Below are positions 1-7,094 of a DNA stretch of 17,534 nt, in pieces. The stretch spans positions 1-17,534 of the forward strand of contig JBNAVT010000034.1 of the NCBI GenBank assembly GCA_049700215.1, written 5' to 3'. Both the position numbers and the translations under genes were made by a program. Each line of letters begins with the position of its first letter. Within the stretch, counting starts at the first letter, position 1. The notes under the pieces were generated by a model that saw only the letters and a list, made by a program, of their open reading frames with translations, had not been told where the DNA came from and ran no database searches. This DNA is from Thermoproteota archaeon (GTDB lineage: Archaea; Thermoproteota; EX4484-205; JAAOZP01).

Positions 1-201
1 AGATGCACGGTTCTCTTAGAGCTTGCCACGCCTCCGGAATCGTCTGAAATATACCTGAGGGTTGAAACTCCAAGCTTCACGCCCTGGGTTTCGAACGATG
101 TTTTGATTCAAATAGCCGTATGCATTAACTTTTTAACAATAGTATTGATAGCTATTGATAGCGTGCAACCGGCACACGCCCTAAAACCTAACGTGCGCTG
201 A
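1..201 (+). CDS. 3' end of a gene entering from the left; C-terminal membrane anchor (partial)
   Basis: Frame 1 is open from base 1 to TGA 199-201 (RCTVLLELATPP...VLIQIAVCINFLTIVLIAIDSVQPAHALKPNVR*), with a hydrophobic stretch near the end. Not in the ORF track because it has no start codon. Confidence 0.5.
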   Translation, partial: RCTVLLELATPPESSEIYLRVETPSFTPWVSNDVLIQIAVCINFLTIVLIAIDSVQPAHALKPNVR

Positions 202-285
202 ACCCCCGAGCCAGCGGATGAGGCTGGTGGCGCAAAGCTCCGGCTGAACGCTGGAAACCCCTTCCGATAGGGAGGGATGGTTCAC
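202..285 (+). mobile_element. Orphan IS200/IS605 (IS1341/TnpB-type) right-end / omega-RNA-like remnant
   Basis: GGAAACCCCTTCC-GATA-GGGAGGGATGGTTCAC (253-285): a subterminal 7-bp hairpin (259-265/270-276) followed by TTCAC, the pattern typical of IS605-group right ends. A further hairpin GCCAGC/GCTGGT lies at 210-228. No tnpB or tnpA is adjacent. Confidence 0.55.
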
Positions 286-797
286 TTCTCTATTTCCCTT
301 AATAGTCTGGCTAAAAGTTTAGGCTCAATCCTAAAGCCTTTGCCAGCCAGCGTTAAGACGGTTTCTCTAGCATTGTTCTTCTCCAGCAACCCTTTTCTCA
401 ATGCTTCAATAATGATGTAGAGCGTCCCCCTAGCTTTAAGGCCCATTGCTTCTGCAAAAGCTCTTCCACTAGACTCGTCGATCAGCAGTAGCGTTTTGTT
501 TTCGCGAGCCAGTATTATTGCCTGAGCCTCTCCTAAGTGGATTTCTGGAGCATGCTCCACAATTTTTTCACAGAGCTTCTCCTCGTCTTCGGCAAGCTTT
601 ACAACTTTCACCCAGCCGTTGTCAACACTCTCTTTTATCACAAACGCGTCGCTGAACCCTTCTTCCAAGCCTTTTTCAACCACCTCCTTGTAAACTTCCT
701 CTGGAATAAGTACTTCGCTGAAAAGTTTCTCGAGCAACGAGAGCTCGCCAACCTTGGAGAGCCATATTAGGGGGCTTGCGTTGGATACTATGGGCAA
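282..797 (-). CDS. PIN-domain (DUF3368/COG2405-like) VapC-type toxin
   Basis: N-terminal IVSNASPLI, VLIPEEVYKE, IHLGEAQAIILA, LLIDE..GR..A..GL...GTL are typical of this PIN subfamily. Lies 16 bp downstream of the antitoxin gene. Confidence 0.85.
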   Translation of the reverse strand: MPIVSNASPLIWLSKVGELSLLEKLFSEVLIPEEVYKEVVEKGLEEGFSDAFVIKESVDNGWVKVVKLAEDEEKLCEKIVEHAPEIHLGEAQAIILARENKTLLLIDESSGRAFAEAMGLKARGTLYIIIEALRKGLLEKNNARETVLTLAGKGFRIEPKLLARLLREIEK

Positions 798-813
798 ACC
801 GGTTCTCCCCGGG

Positions 814-1107
814 TCAAGCCTTAATATCCATCTCTAGGTCGTGTTCCGAATACTGAATGAGAACACCCCTGTCGGCTAGAGCCTTGTAAAAGCACCATAG
901 AGATACACCTGCCATTTGAGCGGCTTTCCATCCTGTAACCTGTCCCTTACGATACGACTCGACCGCATGCTCCAAGTTTTTTTCCTTAAGGCTTTGTTCC
1001 AGGATTTCACGTATCAGCTTCGACCTGTCTTTCCCCTCCTTGCTTGCCAGCTCGTTAAGCTCCCTTATGATTTTCCGGGGGAGCCTTAAGCTGATTGTTT
1101 CGGACAA
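814..1107 (-). CDS. CopG/RHH + UPF0175 family antitoxin
   Basis: N-terminal ribbon-helix-helix (TISLRLP...DRSKLIREIL) and C-terminal UPF0175 pattern (Y..G.VT..KAA..AGVS...F...L..RG). TTG start. Confidence 0.85.
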   Translation of the reverse strand: MSETISLRLPRKIIRELNELASKEGKDRSKLIREILEQSLKEKNLEHAVESYRKGQVTGWKAAQMAGVSLWCFYKALADRGVLIQYSEHDLEMDIKA

Positions 1108-1115
1108 GGTTATCG

Positions 1116-1153
1116 TAATACAAAGTATGTCAAACGTATTATATAAACTTTTC
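1116..1153 (-). promoter_or_regulatory. BRE/TATA promoter of the TA operon with a candidate autorepressor operator
   Basis: The minus strand reads GAAAAGTTTATATAAT (1153-1138). An inverted repeat TAATAC(1116-1121)...GTATTA(1136-1141) lies between the TATA box and the start. Confidence 0.5.
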
Positions 1154-1297
1154 GCGCGCGCGGCCTGTCAGCCCGGAAAAGTTGCGGAGGAGTTGACCGC
1201 CGACTGACTTAGCCATTAAAGTGATGAGCTTTTCAGCAAGCCGGCAAAATGTTCTTCCATCCAATATTCTAAGCTCAAATAGGGCGTGCGCTAAATC

Positions 1298-1852
1298 TCA
1301 AAGACCTATCTTAGCCTTTATCGCCGCTATCTCTTTTTCGATTTTTTCAAATCTTTGCTCCATGTAGCTTTTCAAATCTTCTCTTAACGCTCTTATCTCC
1401 ATTATTGTTTCATCCTGTTTTTTCAGCATTTCATCCTGTTTCCCCAGCATCAGATCCATTTTCCCCAACATTAAATCCTGTTTTTCTATCATTATGTCCT
1501 GCTTCTCTATCATTGAATCCTGTCTTCCAATCATGCTGATTCCCACGTTCACTATTTTGACAAGCTGGTCGACGCTGAACCTATGGTAAAACCCGTCTAT
1601 AGACATGACCTCTCCTCCATAGTCCTCCTCCCGTACTTCATCCACCTTGGCGAATTCCGGGTAATTGCTCCTAGCGAATTCAACGAATTCAATCACCCTG
1701 TCATCATCACCTTCCACGATGAATTCAACGTAATCTTTAACATTCCTAGCCTGAAAACCCTTTAAACCCAGGTCTTCGGCAGCATCCAGGAGGAACAGTC
1801 TATAATCCACATCCTGAACCTTATCGCCTTTAATCGCGATTTTCTTTTTCAC
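1298..1852 (-). CDS. Acylphosphatase-like domain with heptad-repeat coiled-coil tail
   Basis: KGDKVQDVDYR...LGLKGFQARN...VEFIVEG matches the acylphosphatase fold (Arg and Asn retained). The C-terminal half has KQD.M repeats. GTG start. Confidence 0.8.
   Translation of the reverse strand: MKKKIAIKGDKVQDVDYRLFLLDAAEDLGLKGFQARNVKDYVEFIVEGDDDRVIEFVEFARSNYPEFAKVDEVREEDYGGEVMSIDGFYHRFSVDQLVKIVNVGISMIGRQDSMIEKQDIMIEKQDLMLGKMDLMLGKQDEMLKKQDETIMEIRALREDLKSYMEQRFEKIEKEIAAIKAKIGL
1409..1534 (-). repeat. Six degenerate 21-bp tandem repeats encoding M(I/L)xKQDx heptads
   Basis: Plus-strand units start at 1409, 1430, 1451, 1472, 1493 and 1514, e.g. TTCATCCTGTTTTTTCAGCAT / TTCATCCTGTTTCCCCAGCAT. Confidence 0.9.
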
Positions 1853-2048
1853 AACAGTGATGAGACGATAAAATTATTTAAGCCTTGCTGAAAGATTTCC
1901 ATTATGCTTATCGCACCAAGCCCCCGGAAGGTGGTGTAGGAATGTCCTCTCCAGATCCAGAATTAGAAGGAAAATCGGAGATAAAGAGAGGAGAATAGTG
2001 AACTATATCCTGCAAAGATAAGCAGGGAAATAGTTGACGAACCGGGAA

Positions 2049-2065
2049 CCCCATAAACTTTGGGG
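2049..2065. terminator. Small hairpin just downstream of yjbQ (possible terminator or stability element)
   Basis: CCCCA-TAAACTT-TGGGG, 3 nt beyond the yjbQ stop. Confidence 0.3.
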
Positions 2066-2068
2066 ATG

Positions 2069-2470
2069 TCAATCTCCGATTATCTTTACTAGAATCCTCC
2101 GCCTCCTGGGTCCGTCGAACTCGCATAGAAAAACTCCCTGCCAAGTTCCCAGTATGAGTTCCCCATTCCCTATGAACAGGATCGCGTTGTGTCCAACGAT
2201 GCTTGCTTTGACATGGGCATGTGCATTACCCTCTAAATGACTGTAATTGCCCTCCAAAGGTATTAAACGGTTTAAAGTATTGAGAATGTCTCTGGCGACA
2301 CTAGGGTCAGCGTTCTCGTTTAAAGTTACTCCAGCGGTTGTATGAGGAACATGGATGAAGCAGACACCGTTTTTCACACTGCTCCTTCTAACCAGCTCCC
2401 TTATGGCTGAAGTGACTTCTACAAGCTGTTGCCTTGTTTTTGTCGAGATCTCTATTACTTCATAGCTCAT
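2069..2470 (-). CDS. yjbQ: YjbQ/UPF0047 family protein (secondary thiamine-phosphate synthase)
   Basis: [26 protein letters not shown] and [16 protein letters not shown] are hallmark motifs. Confidence 0.95.
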   Translation of the reverse strand: MSYEVIEISTKTRQQLVEVTSAIRELVRRSSVKNGVCFIHVPHTTAGVTLNENADPSVARDILNTLNRLIPLEGNYSHLEGNAHAHVKASIVGHNAILFIGNGELILGTWQGVFLCEFDGPRRRRILVKIIGD

Positions 2471-2580
2471 GCTGCGGGAGGTTTCCCGAATAATATTAAC
2501 TTTGCTACAGTTTCCTCCTTAATATCTGTTAGCCATATCGGCTTTTTCATCTCGCGTAGAAGCCTGCTTTTCCTCTCACT

Positions 2581-2596
2581 GCTAAAAGTATATAAG
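2581..2596 (+). promoter_or_regulatory. BRE/TATA promoter of the MNT-HEPN operon
   Basis: GCTAAAAGTATATAAG ends about 25 nt upstream of ATG 2621, consistent with a leaderless transcript. Confidence 0.55.
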
Positions 2597-2620
2597 GTGT
2601 AACGGCTTAATGTTTCCAAA

Positions 2621-3160
2621 ATGCAAGGATTGATGAAGCCTAGATACGGATTAGCCAGTATAATGAATCCGGATAGAAGGAGGTTTATTAAAGAGATTCT
2701 TAATCTTCTTAATGGTTTTTTCGGAGAAAAACTGGTAAGTGTAGTTGTTTTCGGCTCTGTAGCAAGAGGAGATGCTAAGCCAACTAGCGATACGGATATT
2801 CTGATTGTTGCAGAAAATCTTCCTAAAAGGATTAGTGAGAAAATGGAGGTCATGGCTAAAATCCTGATTAAGCTGAGAGACACTCAAGTTTATAAAGAGC
2901 TTAGGAAGAAAGGCATTAACACGTGGGTGCAATTCTACCCTCTTACTCCGGAGGAAGCAAAAATCCATAGGCCCATCTACCTGGATATGGTTGAGGATGC
3001 GGTTATCCTGGTTGACAACGATAGTTTCATGGAGTCGGTTTTCACAAGCCTCAGGAAAAGGCTGGGTGAATTGAAAGCTAGACGTATCTACCTTAAGAAC
3101 GGAACATGGCTTTGGGATTTGAAACCGGATATAAAACGTGGTGAGGCTGTTGAGATTTGA
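2621..3160 (+). CDS. Minimal nucleotidyltransferase (MNT) antitoxin
   Basis: FGSVARGDAKPTSDTDILIV is the GSX10DXD motif. Overlaps the HEPN start by 4 bp (TTGA). Confidence 0.9.
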   Translation: MQGLMKPRYGLASIMNPDRRRFIKEILNLLNGFFGEKLVSVVVFGSVARGDAKPTSDTDILIVAENLPKRISEKMEVMAKILIKLRDTQVYKELRKKGINTWVQFYPLTPEEAKIHRPIYLDMVEDAVILVDNDSFMESVFTSLRKRLGELKARRIYLKNGTWLWDLKPDIKRGEAVEI

Positions 3161-3594
3161 ATACTGAGGCTATGGCTAAAGGCTATCTTGACGACGCTGA
3201 GTATTCCCTCCATGAGGATGAAGAAGCCTTCGCCAAGGATATGTATCACAGAACGATTAGGAGAGCACAGGAAAGTGTTGAACTAAGCCTGAAAGCTGTT
3301 CTCAGACTTCTGGGCATAGAGTATCCGCGTGAACACGATGTTAGCGACGCCCTTGTTGAGATAGCGCATGTGAGGGAACTCCCGGATTGGTTCAGGTTTG
3401 AACTGGAAACAATCAGCATTGCGAGTAAGAGGCTCGTGGGGGAAAGAGGACCAGCTTTCTACGGCGACGAGAAAGCCCTCGTTCCTCCTAGAGAACTGTA
3501 TTCCAAGGAGGATGCTGAGAAAGCAATAGATAATGCTAGGAAAATACATGAGTTGAGTAAGAAACTGTTCTACTGGTGGAAGGAAGAAAGTTGA
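3157..3594 (+). CDS. HEPN domain protein (MNT-HEPN pair)
   Basis: AQESVELSLKAVL..LGIEYPREHDV and ERGPAFYG...Y...DAEKA. Translationally coupled to MNT. Confidence 0.9.
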   Translation: MNTEAMAKGYLDDAEYSLHEDEEAFAKDMYHRTIRRAQESVELSLKAVLRLLGIEYPREHDVSDALVEIAHVRELPDWFRFELETISIASKRLVGERGPAFYGDEKALVPPRELYSKEDAEKAIDNARKIHELSKKLFYWWKEES

Positions 3595-3611
3595 ATCATT
3601 AGCGTTTTAGG

Positions 3612-4313
3612 ATGTGCTTATTGTTTAAAAACAGTATTAAAACGGTTTCTTTCGACTGTGGTGGAACCCTCTATTATGAAGCTGAAGAAGACTACGTGGT
3701 TTTCCATAGAATTCTGCTCAAGTTAGGGTATCGGTTTGAATCAGTTAGAGTTAGGGAGGCTCTGGAGGATGCACGCCTATGGTGGAGTAGGGAGAAGGCG
3801 AAGACTAAAGAGGTTTGGAACGAAAACACTTGGGCTAGGCTGCTTGGGAAAATGGTTTCTAACCTTGCGATTACGGACAGGGTTCTCGCTGAACAGTTGC
3901 GCGACTACTGGCTGTCTGAAGCAGTTTTCAAGGCATATGAGGATGCTGAGCCCGCTTTGAAGAAACTTAAGGATAAGGGTTTCAAACTGATCACTATTTC
4001 TAATGTTTCCTCTAGCAGGAGCCTCGCAACATACTTGAGGAAAACCAACCTCTTGGAATATTTCGCCATACTTGTAGCCTCAGGCGATGTGGGGTGTGAG
4101 AAACCCGATCCTGAAATATTCCGTATCGCTTCCCGTCTTTCTAAGACTCCTGTGGAGAACATGCTGCACATCGGTGACAGGTATGAAGAAGACTATCTGG
4201 GAGCACGTGCCGCCGGTATAAACGCTATTCTAATCGACAGGAAAGGGATATGCGGGGACAAGCCGTGTCACAAAATATCGAGCCTAACCGACTTAGCAGG
4301 CCTCATGCTTTAA
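3612..4313 (+). CDS. HAD-superfamily (IA) hydrolase
   Basis: Motif I SFDCGGTL, motif II ISN, motif III KPDPEIF, motif IV HIGDRYEEDY.GA..AG. Confidence 0.9.
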   Translation: MCLLFKNSIKTVSFDCGGTLYYEAEEDYVVFHRILLKLGYRFESVRVREALEDARLWWSREKAKTKEVWNENTWARLLGKMVSNLAITDRVLAEQLRDYWLSEAVFKAYEDAEPALKKLKDKGFKLITISNVSSSRSLATYLRKTNLLEYFAILVASGDVGCEKPDPEIFRIASRLSKTPVENMLHIGDRYEEDYLGARAAGINAILIDRKGICGDKPCHKISSLTDLAGLML

Positions 4314-4357
4314 ACAAAATATTTATTTTAAAGCAGTCCAACTAAGATTGGTGGCGT

Positions 4358-4642
4358 ATGAAGATTCGTGTGGAGCTCGTGGGCCGGTTTAGAGACATCG
4401 TCGGGTCTGCGGAGATACTGGTGGATATGGAGGAGGGTAGTACTGTTCACGACCTTCTTAGGAAAATGGCTGATAAGCATGGTGAGAAGTTTAGGGAAAG
4501 GGTTTTTCAAACCGGGTCAGTGAGGGTTTCAGAGGACGTTACCATAGTCTTGAACGGAAGGGTTATCCCGGTGGACGAGGCTCACTCAGTATCTTTAAGC
4601 GAGGCGAGTAGGGTTGTTCTCATGCCTGAAGCCGTAATATAA
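4358..4642 (+). CDS. MoaD/ThiS/SAMP-like beta-grasp protein without a C-terminal Gly-Gly
   Basis: MKIRV.L...FRDIVG...GSTV.DLL..., IVLNGR, V.LMP pattern; the protein ends PEAVI*. Confidence 0.75.
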   Translation: MKIRVELVGRFRDIVGSAEILVDMEEGSTVHDLLRKMADKHGEKFRERVFQTGSVRVSEDVTIVLNGRVIPVDEAHSVSLSEASRVVLMPEAVI

Positions 4643-4678
4643 GTCTTTATAACCTTCTCGTATACGCATTGCAGCATC

Positions 4679-5566
4679 ATGGGGAATAAAGCTGGCTTTA
4701 GACTCGGAGCCACAGCCCTCTCGCTTGAGGGAGTGCTGGAGGGTTTAGAGCTTGAAGATGGCGCAGTGCTTCTCGACTACCCTAAGCTGGTTAGGAAGAC
4801 TGTTGAAAACGGCTTTAATCATGTTGAGCTCAGCACTGATCTCTACTACGTTCTTCCAGCCTCCTTCTCAAGGAAGAACCTGGAGGAATGGTTTTCCATG
4901 AGGGAGGAGGGTGTTACTTTCTCCGCACACCTGCCCATCTGGTCTATCGAGCTGGACTCTCCGGTGGAGGATGTTCGGGCGGCCTCGGTCAGCGCGGTGG
5001 TTAAGCCTGTTACGGTGCTGGAGGATCTTAAGCCGCTTGCGTATGTTCTCCACGTAGCTGGCCCCTTGGCTGCGGAGGTTAACAGGATGAGGGTAAACTC
5101 AGATTATAAACAGCTCTTCTTCGAGGCGCTTGCCCGCAACGCTTCCAGGAGCGTTGAGCAGATAGTCTCGCACATGGCTGATGCTGGCGTGGAGCCGCGT
5201 AGAATAGCCTTAGAGTCAATAGAGTTCCCGTTTTCGAGAACGCTTGAAATCGCAGAGAGGTTCGATACGTCGATCTGCATAGATACTGGCCATATTCTCG
5301 CCGGATACTCCGGGGATGTGAGCGTTGAAAACGTTCTTAAAAAATGCTCAAGGAGGCTCGGAGAAATACATCTTCACGACGCCTACAGGCGAGTCGAGGG
5401 CGGTAGGATGGTTGTCAGGGATCACTTGCCCTTGGGTGCTGGAGACCTTAACGTTGAAAGCTTTTTCAAAGCCTTGAGGGAAACGGGGTTCACTGGCCCA
5501 ATTGTCTTTGAACTAGGCTTAAGGGATGCTATGGCCTCTTTAAGCAAGATAGCGTCATTCCTATAG
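4679..5566 (+). CDS. AP-endonuclease-2/xylose-isomerase-like TIM-barrel metalloenzyme, similar to cobamide-remodelling phosphodiesterase CbiR
   Basis: FRLG at the N-terminus, FSAHLP, PLAYVLH, IALES, CIDTGH, IHLHD, RDHLPLG.G and PIVFE metal-binding motifs. The fold is well supported; the CbiR subfamily call is tentative. Confidence 0.65.
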   Translation: MGNKAGFRLGATALSLEGVLEGLELEDGAVLLDYPKLVRKTVENGFNHVELSTDLYYVLPASFSRKNLEEWFSMREEGVTFSAHLPIWSIELDSPVEDVRAASVSAVVKPVTVLEDLKPLAYVLHVAGPLAAEVNRMRVNSDYKQLFFEALARNASRSVEQIVSHMADAGVEPRRIALESIEFPFSRTLEIAERFDTSICIDTGHILAGYSGDVSVENVLKKCSRRLGEIHLHDAYRRVEGGRMVVRDHLPLGAGDLNVESFFKALRETGFTGPIVFELGLRDAMASLSKIASFL

Positions 5567-5925
5567 CGTGGGACTCGCTTCCCGCTGGGCTTGAGTAAAG
5601 TAAAAGTTATAAAAAGTTGAAAACCCTGGCCTCCTCGGAGGAGCAGTATAGCAATGTGGGATCAACAGTCTGGTTCAGAAATGCGGCGGGACGAGTTGGA
5701 GCGTGCAAGCGTCGCCAAGACCGGTTCAACCAGCTTCCAGAGTAGAAATGTCGCGCGCGCCGTAGGCTTGGAAAAGAGAGATATTCAAACTTAAACTGTT
5801 TAAGCGTGCACGGTTTTAAACCGGAAGAGCGCGACCGTTGTAGATGCTGAAATGGTTTTAAAATAGTTCTGAGGAAAATAAAGTAAGCGGGCTAAGACGT
5901 TGAGGATGCTGGCTTGCTGAAACCC

Positions 5926-6783
5926 TTACGGGAAGAGAGGCTTAACCCCCCTGGTCTTAAAATGTTTTACAACCTCCTCCTGCTCTTCCTCGGAGAACCT
6001 TCTAAACCTTTCGCCTGCACTTATTATCTTTGGCCAAAGCCTTATGTCGCACGCCATGGAGTAGGTTGCAACCGGCTCTTGGGAAAGTGTGAACCAAACA
6101 GCCTTGTCAATATCCTCCTGCTCATCCATGGGCTCGTACCATGTCTGGTATTTCCTCTCACCGGTCCACCTGCCCTTCGAAACCGCCTTTATGGCGATAA
6201 CCCCTACATCCCTGTCCCTCGCTATTTTTAAAACCGGGTTGAAATCGTTCTCCGGGGCGGGGGCAATCATGCTTCCAACGTTTACGGGTATCAGTACAGT
6301 GTCGAATTCGAATTTCTCCAGGGCCTTAACAACAATCCTCATGTCTGAATGGGCTGTTATCCCTATGTATCGTATTAATCCCTGTTCACGAGCCTCCTGA
6401 AAGGCCTTCATAGCGCCGTCTTCGCTGAAAATTTTTTCAAGCTCCTCCAGTGTGCTGACTGCGTGAAACTGATACACATCCAGGTTTTCAACGTTGAAAC
6501 GAGACAGGGTTTGCCGTAGTTCCCTCCAAGCACCCTCCCTGGTTCTCTCAAGCGTTTTCTCTGTTATGACCAGCCTGCTACGGTTCCTCCTTATTATTTG
6601 CCCAAGCCTGGTTTCCGCTTCTCCGTAGCTGGGCGCCACGTCAACCATGTTAAGGCCCTTTTCAACAGCGTTTTCAAAGGCCTTAAGTCCCTCCTCCGTG
6701 TTAGGAGCTATCCCCGGGCCGCAGCCCCCTATCGCGAGAATACTTACCTTGAAGCCTGTTCTGCCTAGAATCCTATACTCCAC
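5926..6783 (-). CDS. Aldo/keto reductase
   Basis: YR.LGRTG.KVS, DVAPSYG.AE..LG, TEKT, LDVYQFH, GLIRYIGITAH. GTG start. Confidence 0.95.
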   Translation of the reverse strand: MEYRILGRTGFKVSILAIGGCGPGIAPNTEEGLKAFENAVEKGLNMVDVAPSYGEAETRLGQIIRRNRSRLVITEKTLERTREGAWRELRQTLSRFNVENLDVYQFHAVSTLEELEKIFSEDGAMKAFQEAREQGLIRYIGITAHSDMRIVVKALEKFEFDTVLIPVNVGSMIAPAPENDFNPVLKIARDRDVGVIAIKAVSKGRWTGERKYQTWYEPMDEQEDIDKAVWFTLSQEPVATYSMACDIRLWPKIISAGERFRRFSEEEQEEVVKHFKTRGVKPLFP

Positions 6784-7094
6784 GGGGAACTGGTTCTCAT
6801 CCTGCTTTTTAAGCTTTTCTTCGAACGCTTCCCTTCATTCAATGAGCGGCTGGCGAGCTTACCCACTGTTCCATCTACGCGCGACGAAGTAGTAGAACAG
6901 GTTCCCTCCTTGTAACCTTGCTTAAGGGGCTCATCTTGGTAGGAAAGGCCTTCCGGTGAGCGGGAAAATATAGACCCGCATGCTCCCGGCTTACCCTTCT
7001 CAGTAAGACATTTAAACAAGACGATTTCCACCGATAGGAAATGATGAAGAGGGTGCGTTTCCCTCGGCGCACGCTAAAGGAGGTGCTTCAATGA

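Noticed and set aside
1409-1534. Possible CRISPR array
   Set aside because: The units are contiguous 21-mers without spacers and stay in frame within a protein.
1858-1891. C/D-box-like GTGATGA...CTGA (also GTGATGA at 1221)
   Set aside because: Too short, no C'/D' boxes, and it overlaps the promoter region of the acylphosphatase-like gene.
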